The notes beneath the pieces were generated by a model. That model had not been told where the DNA came from, made no database searches, and was given only the letters and a program-made list of their open reading frames with translations. Positions 18,706 to 27,634 of a stretch of DNA of 28,449 nt are shown piece after piece. This stretch comes from Bdellovibrionota bacterium FG-2 (GTDB lineage: Bacteria; Bdellovibrionota; UBA1018). Numbering within the stretch: the stretch's first letter is position 1; each line of letters starts with the position of its first letter. The DNA is taken from contig JBBCAV010000157.1 of the NCBI GenBank assembly GCA_051382305.1, positions 1 to 28,449 of the forward strand, read 5' to 3'. Both the position numbers and the translations under genes were made by a program.

Positions 18706-18864
18706 AAGGTTTTTAGTAGATAGTTTACTTTTTGTTCAACTTCAAGTGAGAGTTAGATAAATAAATAATTCACAACCTATTTAGTCTGCGATACTAGGTC
18801 TCTGTGTTACACGGAACACGGATTGGCCAATCCTTCACTGAATGAAACGAAGGAGGGAGTTTTT

Positions 18865-20255
18865 ATGTTTATTCTCAAAAGAAGTTTTTTAGCGGTTATT
18901 TGCCTGGGCTGGGCTTCGGGCGCGCTTGCATCCACTGGCGGAGGTTGGATCGGCGGCGGAGGGGGGCGCAGACCGATGCCGAAAATCCCTGGTTTTTGAG
19001 TACGAAGCCAATTCCGTATTGTATCGAGGTTGCTGCGGGCTTTCCGCTCACAAAACAAGAAGTCAAAGGCGTGATTGCCGCGTCACTTTCCGAATGGAAG
19101 AAGGCGTTCGAACATTACGGGGTCGAAAGTGCGGTCATTGGTCGCGACCACAGTCCTAAGGCGACGCCTTTTCATCATCCAGGTCATTTCCTCGATGGCG
19201 TTGATCGAGCTCTGATTGCTGAGGGGACCGATCTCGGCGTTTGCCCAAGTAACACGACCGGGATACTACGGTTTCAAGTAGGGTTTGTGTCGGAACGCGT
19301 AGGTGAGTATCTAAAGACGCGGGATAAATATATTGTCGGAGCCGCGATTCGAGATTCCTATGACCCTTTGACTCTTAAGGCCGGTGGAATTGTGTGGGTG
19401 GCACCTCAGAATTATATCGGAGCAATCGATAAAGTTTATGGATGTGCGCCGAAGTTTCCCGATTGGACTTCAAAGCGCAGGTTGCAAATGCTTATGGTTC
19501 ATGAGCTTGGGCATGTGTTTGGAGTTCCCCATGATGCAGCGGCGGTCATGGCTTCTGGAATTTATTACCTGTTAGTGCAGGATCATCTTTACAAAAACTT
19601 TGACGTTCTGGCGGAGAGTAATCCGGAGGAGATGTTTGGTTTTACGTGTAAGGTTGAGTCCAAGGAGCATCCCCTTAAACTATTTTCTTCAGAATTGACT
19701 CTGCAGGATAGTCAAAACGCAGTTGCGGGCAGCTCTTTGATGGAGGTCATGGGGGTTCCAGCTGAAGAAAAATGGAGCAAGATGACTTATGCGTTTGCTC
19801 GTTTGAAATCGGATGCCATCTTCCAAGATAATCTACAAATTGAAATTAGAATTGTAACTGTCTCAGGCGGGGAGTTCGTGGCGACGGTTTCTTCGAGTGG
19901 TGATCCGTTTCATAAAAATAGGATCTCCGTTGCGACGAATCAGTTTGTATCATGGATGCCTGATCTTAATATGCCAGGTCTTAGTGAAGTTCCGCTTCTC
20001 TATTTGGATGAAACCGGGACGTTTATGGGCACTCTTGTTACAGACGGGGGACTTACCGTTCCTGTTGTGGTGAGCAGCACTCAAAATCAGTACATGGATT
20101 TGCGGGTCTATTCATCGTCTAAGAAGTCTTGGGTCAATGTTTCCACGCAACGCCCGATGGTCGACTACGATCTTTGGGGGCGATATACACGCGAGGAGTG
20201 TGGGCTTCCTCCTGGGAATTCTCCCCCGCCCAGCTCGAGTCCTGTTGCGAATTAG
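18865..20255 (+). pseudogene. Secreted metzincin zinc metalloprotease, frameshifted in a G6 tract (18961-18966)
   Basis: SD (AAGGAGGGAG) and ATG 18865 start a signal peptide MFILKRSFLAVICLGWASGALA; this frame stops at 18999. The long frame has HELGHVFGVPH (HExxHxxGxxH) followed by AVM (Met-turn). One extra G joins them into a 463-aa protein. Confidence 0.85.
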
Positions 20256-20280
20256 TCTCGGGGGCTAGCTCGATTCCTTG

Positions 20281-20310
20281 GTGGGGCTAGAACTTAGATT
20301 CTAGCTCCAC
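20281..20310. terminator. Stem-loop between convergent genes, putative terminator
   Basis: GTGGGGCTAGAA-cttaga-TTCTAGCTCCAC, a 12-bp stem with one G-U pair. No strong U tract. Confidence 0.55.
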
Positions 20311-20321
20311 ACGTTTGTGGG

Positions 20322-20693
20322 CTAAGATTTGACTCGTCCGATGGAGCGAACAAATTTCTCTACGTCTTCAACCCGGGTTTCAACTTTTCCCTGGCGCTGC
20401 CAGAGGCCGGTAAGACCCTCCAGTACGATACGGTTATTTGAGTTTTGCTCCTCGACCAACAAAGCGATTCGAGAAACGTCAGCCTGGGTGCGCTCAAGTT
20501 TAGAATGGATCAGGCTCATTTGTGAGTCCATTTGGTTAAACCGTGCATCCATCTCACTGAATCCGGCTCTCATTTCAGACTTAAGCTCCGTACGCACAAG
20601 CTGCAACATCCCCTGAGTTGCGGGACGGTCTTTTGCGTTGGCGGCAAACGGAAGCTGGGGTTCAGGTTTCTTAAAGGCGCTCTTTTTTGGCAT
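20322..20693 (-). CDS. Hypothetical coiled-coil protein
   Basis: Heptad pattern EMRAGFSEMDARFNQMDSQMSLIHSKLE. GAGGA SD before ATG 20693; GTG 20705 is an alternative start. Confidence 0.75.
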   Translation of the reverse strand: MPKKSAFKKPEPQLPFAANAKDRPATQGMLQLVRTELKSEMRAGFSEMDARFNQMDSQMSLIHSKLERTQADVSRIALLVEEQNSNNRIVLEGLTGLWQRQGKVETRVEDVEKFVRSIGRVKS

Positions 20694-20865
20694 TTTGATC
20701 CTCACTGTTTAGATTGTTCCAAGCGGCAAAGCAAGTCTCAGGCCCAACTTTTACCTGATTTGGTGGGAAAGACTTATGAAATCAGGACGCTATGTACGAA
20801 CTTAAGACCTGAGGCAAGAAGTAACTCGGTGGGGCAAAGAGCGTGAATATCGACCAACCCACGGG

Positions 20866-20881
20866 AGGAACACAAAATGCT
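20866..20881 (+). promoter_or_regulatory. Putative sigma54 -24/-12 promoter for the EEP gene
   Basis: AGGAACACAAAATGCT has exact GG-N10-GC spacing, against the consensus TGGCACGNNNNTTGCW. Lies 22 nt before ATG 20904. Confidence 0.4.
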
Positions 20882-20903
20882 AGCCTAAACTGTAGGCCCG
20901 AGT

Positions 20904-21674
20904 ATGCACACCAAAAAAACTTCTCCTGACAACGAACCCCCTGCCGAACCTCTCCGAGTCCTTTCCTATAACATCCACAAAGGCTTCTCGCTCGGTAACA
21001 CCCGCTTCGTGCTTCACCACATTAAAGAAGCGATCGAGGTGGTGCGTGCTGATCTTGTTTTTTTGCAAGAGGTGAGGGGACAGCACGAACATAAGCACAA
21101 AAATCGCGCAGCCAATCAATTTGAATTTCTTGCCGATCGCATCTGGCCCCATTTTGCATACGGCAAAAATGCTGTCTACTCGAAAGGGCATCACGGTAAC
21201 GCGATCTTGAGTAAATTTCCGATCGAAAGTTGGGAGAATCTCGACGTTTCAACTAATCGCCTGGAGCACCGGGGAATTCTGCACGCCGTCGTGCGCTTGT
21301 CTTCTGGCACGCTTCACCTTATGTGTCTCCACTTAGGGCTCTTCGAAACTGCTCGCAAAAAACAACTGGAATTTCTATGCCAGCGCGTTGAGAGTGTCGT
21401 GCCCAAAGATGTTCCGCTTGTGGTGGCGGGAGACTTTAACGACTGGCGAGAGCGCGCTTCAAAAATCCTTCTAAAACGTTTGCATCTTCGTGAAACACAC
21501 TACGAGTGTCACGGACGACTCGCCAATACCTATCCGAGTTGGATGCCCATCGTTTGCCTGGATCGGATTTATGTGCGCGGGCTCACACCCCTAGTGAGTG
21601 AATCAATGACAGGCCCGCCCTGGAACAGTCTTTCAGACCATGCAGCGGTGTTTTGCGAATTAAAGGCTGCCTAA
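20904..21674 (+). CDS. Endonuclease/exonuclease/phosphatase family protein (YbhP-like)
   Basis: SYNIHKG, DLVFLQEV, YGKNAVY..GHHGNAILS, AGDFNDW, LDRIY and LSDH motifs. Confidence 0.93.
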   Translation: MHTKKTSPDNEPPAEPLRVLSYNIHKGFSLGNTRFVLHHIKEAIEVVRADLVFLQEVRGQHEHKHKNRAANQFEFLADRIWPHFAYGKNAVYSKGHHGNAILSKFPIESWENLDVSTNRLEHRGILHAVVRLSSGTLHLMCLHLGLFETARKKQLEFLCQRVESVVPKDVPLVVAGDFNDWRERASKILLKRLHLRETHYECHGRLANTYPSWMPIVCLDRIYVRGLTPLVSESMTGPPWNSLSDHAAVFCELKAA

Positions 21675-22159
21675 TCGGAAGCAGAGTCCGATCGCCTCGT
21701 CTTCTTCATTACCTGATCAATCTCTTTTTGCGCTGATTTCTTCTTCATGTCTTGTCGCTTGTCGTGGGTTTTTTTCCCTTTGCCCAAACCCAGCTCCACT
21801 TTTACACGCCCTTCTTTGAAGTACATGCGCAGCGGAACGATGGTGTAACCCTTTTGAATAACCGCACCAAACAGTTTATCAATTTGATGACGGTGTAGCA
21901 GCAGTTTGCGCTTGCGCCCGGGTTCGTGGTTCCAAATGTTTCCATGCGAGTAGGGGGCGACATGGGTGTGAAGTAAATAGGCTTCGATGCGAGGCTTGCC
22001 GTGAATCTCGACGAACGCGTCGCTCAGGTTCGGTGATTGGGTTCGCAAGCTTTTGACTTCAGTGCCGGTGAGCACAATCCCGGCTTCAACGGTTTCTTCG
22101 ATGAAGTAATCGCCGCGCGCGGGATTGGAGGCAATGAGTTTTTCGCCTTGGGGTTTCAC
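21671..22159 (-). CDS. smpB: SsrA-binding protein SmpB
   Basis: EAGIVLTGTEVKSLR, RKRKLLLH, GYTIVPLRMYF and GKGKKTHDKR. Start re-called at GTG 22159, 7 bp after the upstream stop. Confidence 0.96.
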   Translation of the reverse strand: MKPQGEKLIASNPARGDYFIEETVEAGIVLTGTEVKSLRTQSPNLSDAFVEIHGKPRIEAYLLHTHVAPYSHGNIWNHEPGRKRKLLLHRHQIDKLFGAVIQKGYTIVPLRMYFKEGRVKVELGLGKGKKTHDKRQDMKKKSAQKEIDQVMKKTRRSDSASD

Positions 22160-22166
22160 TTGTCTC

Positions 22167-22838
22167 TCATTTCGGCGTTCCTGCGGCAGATCCTGGCGTC
22201 TGCGCAATCCCCAGCGACAAAATCGTCTTAAATGCTTCTTCGACACTCAAACCGCTTTCGCGCACGTCGTTCTCTGGCACGATAAGATAAAAACCCGAGG
22301 TCGGATTGGGCGTCGTGGGGACGTAGATATGAAGAAATTTACCCGTCCCGCCTTCGGTCCCGAACCCTTGCGTAGAACTGGTCACAAAAGCGAGCGTCCA
22401 GACGTCTTTGCGCGGATACTCGACATAGACGACGCGATTAAATTGATTTCCATCCTGCGAGGCCAGTGTGCGCAGTAGTTGGTCAAGAGCGCTGTAGATT
22501 CCTCGAATCACCGGAATCCGCTGAATGATTTCGGCCGCGACTTGTAGGATCTTTCCGCCCAAATATTGTTTCGAGGCCCAACCCAAAATCGAAACGCCTA
22601 GGGTGAGCAGAAAAGTGGTTGCTAGCGTGATCCCAAGATTCACAAAGGCAGCAAAGGTCGCATCTTGAAAAATATTTTCAGGTCTCCAACCCGTTGGCAA
22701 AATTTCGTGCAGACTCCAGAGCCCCTCCAAAACCGAAAACAAAATCCAAATAATCACACCAAACGGAATAATAATGAGTACACCGGCAAAGAAGTTTCGT
22801 TTAAGGAGGGGAAAGAGGGGAGGGATTTTTCTTTTCAT
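22167..22838 (-). CDS. DUF502 domain membrane protein
   Basis: FFAGVLIIIP, RIPVIRGIYS, VVYVEYPR, YVPTTPNPTSGF and SVEEAFKTILSLG. Confidence 0.92.
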   Translation of the reverse strand: MKRKIPPLFPLLKRNFFAGVLIIIPFGVIIWILFSVLEGLWSLHEILPTGWRPENIFQDATFAAFVNLGITLATTFLLTLGVSILGWASKQYLGGKILQVAAEIIQRIPVIRGIYSALDQLLRTLASQDGNQFNRVVYVEYPRKDVWTLAFVTSSTQGFGTEGGTGKFLHIYVPTTPNPTSGFYLIVPENDVRESGLSVEEAFKTILSLGIAQTPGSAAGTPK

Positions 22839-22841
22839 GAT

Positions 22842-24260
22842 TTAGAACGCAAGAGTCAGAGTTGCGCCTCCTCCGAGAAGATAGCCCCCGGCATCGTACC
22901 CTGGTGCGCCGATTTTGAGATCCCCGGTTCGGGCGCCGTTTTCATCGCCCGGATCTTTGGTGACGTGTTGGGTGACCATGCGGTGATAGCTCGCGTGCAG
23001 GCTTAATTCGCAGGGGGTCGGAAAATGTAGGAATTGCTCAAACCGATAACCCAGTCCGCCGTTCCACATATGTTTCGCAGGATCGAGGTAGTTGCCTGGG
23101 CCTGCGGGCGTTCCTTTGAGGAAACTGGGGCGGTAGGCGTAACCGGCCCGCAGACTCACGGGACCGATTTTGAATTCTTGTCCTACGCGCGGGACCCAGA
23201 GATCGATAAATTCAAAGGTGGGACTTTTTCCTGCCGAGATATTCACTCCCCGAGATTGATCCTCGCTGCCCGTGGTTTGGGGATTCACGATCTCCATCTG
23301 GGGAGCCACGAATTTACTCCAGGCTTGGTAGTCGGCTTGAAAAAATATTGTCCAAAAGGGCAGGGGCTTCAGCGAGGCCCCGAGTTCGACCGTCATGGGA
23401 TCATAGTAGAGCGCGGATATGGAGGAGAAGTTGAAATCCAGTGCCACGAAGTTTCCGATCGCGCGCGCGCCCGAATGAAGGGTCATGTTGTTGGCTGAGG
23501 CCACGGGTAATCGCAGCACGGAGCTCAGTGAAAACCAACCCGATCCATCACTTGGACCCAGATAAGCCCCAAAATAGGGCGCGGCCTTGGGTTTCATGCT
23601 GGAAATAAAGCGCATGGTGGAAGGTTTCGAAGAATCGGTTTGTAGAAATACTGTGGCATCACTGGTGAGGGAGTAGGCAGTGTGGATTCCTGCACCTAAC
23701 CTAAATCCGTAGCCGAATTCCATTCCGATTCCTGCTTCTATTTGGGGCCGATTCGTGCGACTCCGATAAAGTACGTATTCGGGTTCAAAGGTTTCGCCGC
23801 TATCCAAGTAGGCTACTTGCTCAATAGGAATAAAGCCCGTAAGTCCGAATGTAAAATTATAGAAGCCAGGGAAAAGTCTATAAACTAGGCCCATTGCTTG
23901 ACCAAAAGTTGGGCGATAATTGTTGTCGACGCTATCGATCGTCACTTTGTCAGAGGTGTATTCATTCTCGACAACGACGTTACTGATCGGTAGAAATCGA
24001 GGCGTCACAGACATCAAAGCCCAGCCAAAAATCAGTCGTCTTTCGCCAGAAAAGGGCAGTGCGGCGGGATTGGAGTAGGCCGAAAACCCGTCTTCAGATT
24101 GGGCAATTCCCGCGAGAGCGCTGGAGCGCGAGCCAAAGCCATAGGCTTCGCCCACATTGGCCCTCGCAGTCGAGCTGAGGGCCAAACAGATACAAAAAAT
24201 TAAACGGAGTCGGTCCCACCGGCAGTAGTGCTCAAAAGAGCGCGAAATAGTGATTCCCAT
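22842..24260 (-). CDS. Outer-membrane beta-barrel, FadL/OMPP1/TodX-like transporter
   Basis: Signal-peptide-like LIFCICLALSSTARA, hatch motif YGFGSRSSALAG...AYSNPAAL, LRAGYAYRPS and terminal aromatic residue (TLAF). Start position uncertain. Confidence 0.8.
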   Translation of the reverse strand: MGITISRSFEHYCRWDRLRLIFCICLALSSTARANVGEAYGFGSRSSALAGIAQSEDGFSAYSNPAALPFSGERRLIFGWALMSVTPRFLPISNVVVENEYTSDKVTIDSVDNNYRPTFGQAMGLVYRLFPGFYNFTFGLTGFIPIEQVAYLDSGETFEPEYVLYRSRTNRPQIEAGIGMEFGYGFRLGAGIHTAYSLTSDATVFLQTDSSKPSTMRFISSMKPKAAPYFGAYLGPSDGSGWFSLSSVLRLPVASANNMTLHSGARAIGNFVALDFNFSSISALYYDPMTVELGASLKPLPFWTIFFQADYQAWSKFVAPQMEIVNPQTTGSEDQSRGVNISAGKSPTFEFIDLWVPRVGQEFKIGPVSLRAGYAYRPSFLKGTPAGPGNYLDPAKHMWNGGLGYRFEQFLHFPTPCELSLHASYHRMVTQHVTKDPGDENGARTGDLKIGAPGYDAGGYLLGGGATLTLAF

Positions 24261-25054
24261 TCACCCCACTCTAGCGCCTCCGCGCGTTTTGCGCCATCCA
24301 CCCCTGAAATTTTAAGTGCATTTTGAAAGGGGAGGGTATGGGGAAGCCCTGAACGTAGCATTTTTCGTCGGTGAGCAAATGCCGCCTTTAAAAGTGACTG
24401 CCACAAAGCCTTATCTTTAGACTCTGTACCCACTGCGATACGAGGGGTTTTGCGCCTCTGAAGAAGCACGACTTCAGAGAATACCTCGGGAGGAGGCGAG
24501 AAGGCTCCCGGGGGAACACGGTGAAGCTTGGTTAGATCCCAATTATTTTGAATCCAAACCGAAAGGCTCCCCCAGGCTTTGGTGCTAGGGATGGCCCGGA
24601 GGCGCTCCGCTACTTCCGCCTGGAACATAAGGACCATAACGGGGATTTCCTGGGTGTGGCTGGCGAGGCGACTCAAGATCGCTGTCCCCGACGAATAAGG
24701 AAGATTTGAGACGACGGCCAAAGGACTTTTGTTGAGCCAGAGTTCTTCTGGGAGCACTAGGAAATCCGCTTCCTGCACTGTGCAATGAGGCAGCGGCGCG
24801 ACGCGCTCTTTCCATTCTTGAGCAAGCACGCGGTCCGTCTCGCAAAGCACGAAAGGAATCGGATTTTTCTCGATTCGATGAAGCAGGGGAAAGGTGAGGG
24901 CTCCTTTTCCAGGGCCGATTTCAAGCAGTGAGGCGCAATTTGTGGCTTGTGCGTGCTCGATAAACGTGTCGACGATTAAGTCACACAAAATTTCATCGCG
25001 CAAAAAATGTTGACCTAGCGCCCGTCTTTTGCCTTTGGTACCAAGTCCAGCCAT
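24200..25054 (-). CDS. rsmA: 16S rRNA (adenine1518/1519-N6)-dimethyltransferase
   Basis: LGQHFL, LEIGPGKGALT, VSNLPY, MFQAEVAERL, FSPPPEV and AFAHRRKML. Confidence 0.96.
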   Translation of the reverse strand: MAGLGTKGKRRALGQHFLRDEILCDLIVDTFIEHAQATNCASLLEIGPGKGALTFPLLHRIEKNPIPFVLCETDRVLAQEWKERVAPLPHCTVQEADFLVLPEELWLNKSPLAVVSNLPYSSGTAILSRLASHTQEIPVMVLMFQAEVAERLRAIPSTKAWGSLSVWIQNNWDLTKLHRVPPGAFSPPPEVFSEVVLLQRRKTPRIAVGTESKDKALWQSLLKAAFAHRRKMLRSGLPHTLPFQNALKISGVDGAKRAEALEWGEWESLFRALLSTTAGGTDSV

Positions 25055-25058
25055 CGTG

Positions 25059-26132
25059 TTAGACCTCGGGGTTTGCGATCGCGTTAAGAGAGAGTAGCGC
25101 TTTGTCTCTCAAGAAATGTCCTTGCCGAAAGCGATAGGTTCCCGCGGCGGCAATCATAGCGGCATTGTCGGTACAGTATTGGGGCTCAGGAAAAAGTGCG
25201 GGACGGGCCAGACCCATTTTCCCCCATTCACTACTCAGGCGCTCTCGTAATCGAGAGTTCGCGGCCACTCCGCCGACAATCGCAAGGGACTGGCACCCGT
25301 ATTCCCGAATCGCCAGGGTGATTTTGCTTAAAATTGCATCCACGATGGCTTCTTGAATAGAGGCGCATAAATCATTCAAACTCCCCTCAAGCGCGCCCTC
25401 TCTTTTTAGCTTTTCCACCCTAAGTGCAACCGCGGTCTTGAGACCACTGAAAGAAAAATCGAGAATCGCCTTTTGTGGCAAGGCGCGCGGGAAATCAAAA
25501 GCGTCTTTCTTTCCCCCTTTGGCCGTCTTGTCGATCCAAACGCCTCCGGGGTAGGGAAAGCCTAGGATTTTAGCCGTTTTATCAAAGGCTTCACCCGCCG
25601 CATCGTCGCGGGAGCGCCCCACTAGGGCGCGTTTCAGAAAATCGGGGGGCCAGAGTTCAGGCGGCACTTTCGCAACGTAGAGATTCGTGTGTCCGCCAGA
25701 AATAATCGCAAGAAGCATAGGGAGCGGTGCGTTCTCAGTTATAATATTCTGTCCGAGAAAAAGACTGCAAGCATGACCTTCTAAGTGATGAACGGGGACC
25801 AGAGGTTTCTCGAGGGCGTACGCGATCCCCTTGGCGGCGGTAATGCCGACCAAAAGTGCGCCGATGAGTCCGGGCCGATTGGTAACGGCGATGGCATCAA
25901 GCTCCGCAAGCGAAATTCCAGCCTCTTTTATCGCTAAATCGATCATCGGGTTGATGGTCTCAAGGTGGTTTCGAGAGGCGATTTCAGGCACCACGCCCCC
26001 GTAAGGTTGATGAATGCGAATTTGCGAATGAGTCGAAACGCTGCGAACTTCAAACCCCTCGGTAGGATTATAGCGAACGACTGAAGCACTACATTCGTCG
26101 CAGGAGGTTTCGATGCCAAGAACAAGGGACAT
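25059..26132 (-). CDS. tsaD: tRNA N6-adenosine threonylcarbamoyltransferase
   Basis: LGIETSCDE, YGGVVPEIASRNH, HHLEGH, SGGHT, DDAAGEAFDK, FSFSGLKT, GGVAAN and TDNAAMIA. Confidence 0.97.
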   Translation of the reverse strand: MSLVLGIETSCDECSASVVRYNPTEGFEVRSVSTHSQIRIHQPYGGVVPEIASRNHLETINPMIDLAIKEAGISLAELDAIAVTNRPGLIGALLVGITAAKGIAYALEKPLVPVHHLEGHACSLFLGQNIITENAPLPMLLAIISGGHTNLYVAKVPPELWPPDFLKRALVGRSRDDAAGEAFDKTAKILGFPYPGGVWIDKTAKGGKKDAFDFPRALPQKAILDFSFSGLKTAVALRVEKLKREGALEGSLNDLCASIQEAIVDAILSKITLAIREYGCQSLAIVGGVAANSRLRERLSSEWGKMGLARPALFPEPQYCTDNAAMIAAAGTYRFRQGHFLRDKALLSLNAIANPEV

Positions 26133-27634
26133 TAAAGCTCACCCGGAGGACAGCTGACGCGTTTATATTTTTCTTCGAATACTTTATCTTGTAGCGAGTT
26201 TTTGTCATGCCACTCTGTGGCGCGATCCGAAGTGTGGCAGCCCATGCATTTACTTTTTTCGACTTTCTTAGAATAAGTGTTTGCGCCAAAAGGATGGTTT
26301 CCTGAAGGACCATGGCAATTCTCACATTGAACGGGTGCCCAGGCCTTGTCGAGTGTTTTGAAGGCGCCTTTTTCAAGGGCTTCGGCGAGTTGCTCTGGGG
26401 TGAGGGCTGGAGCACCCGAGGACGCGCTTTCAGGCGCGCCTGAAAGCGCGCCAATTTTGCTTACATCCGAGAACCCGTTAGCTTCACCTAAACCTAAACT
26501 ATGGCAGGAAAGACATTCTTTGTTTCGGGCCTGTTTCTTCGCGACGAGCGAGCTCAGCGCTTTGAAATGGGGTGTTTTTTTCCAAAACTCTGCCTGCTTG
26601 CGGTGGCAATCCATGCAACGCGCAAAAGTCTGATAGGTAGCCTGGGCGTTTGTCGCGGGCCCAGTAATGCCAAGTTCCGTGTCTTGTTTTGAATTCAGTT
26701 CCGCTACAGCTTTCTTGAAGTTGGCAACCAGCAAGTCAATTGAACTGGGTTTCCCAGGGGGGGAATCATAGCCTGGGTCCAAGCCGATCATTTTGTATCC
26801 CTTTAAGTCACCCTCAGTAAGTGGGGCGCTGAGAGGCAAAACCCCTACGTATTGATTCTTGAACGAGGTTTGCAAGATGATCGCGCCATTGATTTTCTCT
26901 GGCTCTTGAATGAAGGACTGGGTGTGACTGCCGACAATGACATCAATCCCTTTTACTTTCTTGGCAAGTTCTTGATCTTTTTCAAATCCGAGGTGGGAGA
27001 GGACAATAACGAGGTCGGCTTTTTTACGAAGCTCAGGCACCCATATTTCCGCCGCCTTGAGTGCTGAGGTGGTCTTGAGTTCGGAGGGCCAGCCCATTTC
27101 TTCGCCGACGATTCCTAGGACGGCGATACGAAGGGTGGCTGAACTCTCAGATTTTTCATCTTTTTTCTTGGTAAAAATGGCATAAGGCTCCAGAAATTTA
27201 TCTGAGTTTTTCCGGGTAAGGTTTGAAGCGATAAACTTGAACTTCCGCCCTTTGATGAGGTTTTCGAAAACGGAAACGCCCAGCGAAAAATCTTTCTCCC
27301 CGGGGACCGCCGCATCAAGTTCCGTTAGCTCAAGGGCTTTTGCAATAAATTCTGCCTGAATTTCAGCCTGTTTCTTCAACATTGGCGCGGTGGTGGTCGA
27401 GGAGAAGAATAGGTCACCGCCATCCAGTTGTAGGGCGCTCCGCGCGCCATAGGTTTCTTCGGTGCGCTTGATGAGCGTATAATGTCGCGCAAGCCCGCCT
27501 TTGGGGTTGCTCCGGCACCCACAGGGTTCGAGCTCCCCCAAGATGTCGTTAGTGTGAATGAGGACCGCCGCCTGCGCAATCGAAGCGAAAAGCAGCCAGC
27601 CCAGTGCGAGCCAAAAGAACTGAGGATTTCTCAC
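26132..27634 (-). CDS. Exported UshA/5'-nucleotidase-like metallophosphoesterase domain fused to a tetraheme c-type cytochrome domain
   Basis: Signal peptide ending IAQA. HTND..GELEPCGC...GGLAR, DGGD, LSHLG, GIDVIVGSH. Four CxxCH motifs: CMDCH, CLSCH, CENCH, CMGCH. Confidence 0.88.
   Translation of the reverse strand: MRNPQFFWLALGWLLFASIAQAAVLIHTNDILGELEPCGCRSNPKGGLARHYTLIKRTEETYGARSALQLDGGDLFFSSTTTAPMLKKQAEIQAEFIAKALELTELDAAVPGEKDFSLGVSVFENLIKGRKFKFIASNLTRKNSDKFLEPYAIFTKKKDEKSESSATLRIAVLGIVGEEMGWPSELKTTSALKAAEIWVPELRKKADLVIVLSHLGFEKDQELAKKVKGIDVIVGSHTQSFIQEPEKINGAIILQTSFKNQYVGVLPLSAPLTEGDLKGYKMIGLDPGYDSPPGKPSSIDLLVANFKKAVAELNSKQDTELGITGPATNAQATYQTFARCMDCHRKQAEFWKKTPHFKALSSLVAKKQARNKECLSCHSLGLGEANGFSDVSKIGALSGAPESASSGAPALTPEQLAEALEKGAFKTLDKAWAPVQCENCHGPSGNHPFGANTYSKKVEKSKCMGCHTSDRATEWHDKNSLQDKVFEEKYKRVSCPPGEL

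Noticed and set aside
18811-18827. Sigma54-like CGGAACACGGATTGGC upstream of the protease
   Set aside because: GG-N10 is followed by GG, not GC, so the strict spacing fails by one base.
27500-27530. Selenocysteine recoding in the UshA-like protein
   Set aside because: Both Cys codons are TGT/TGC and there is no in-frame TGA.
22842-27634. Porin-cytochrome (Mtr-like) electron conduit
   Set aside because: The barrel has FadL-type hatch/NPA features rather than MtrB features, and it is separated from the cytochrome by tsaD and rsmA.
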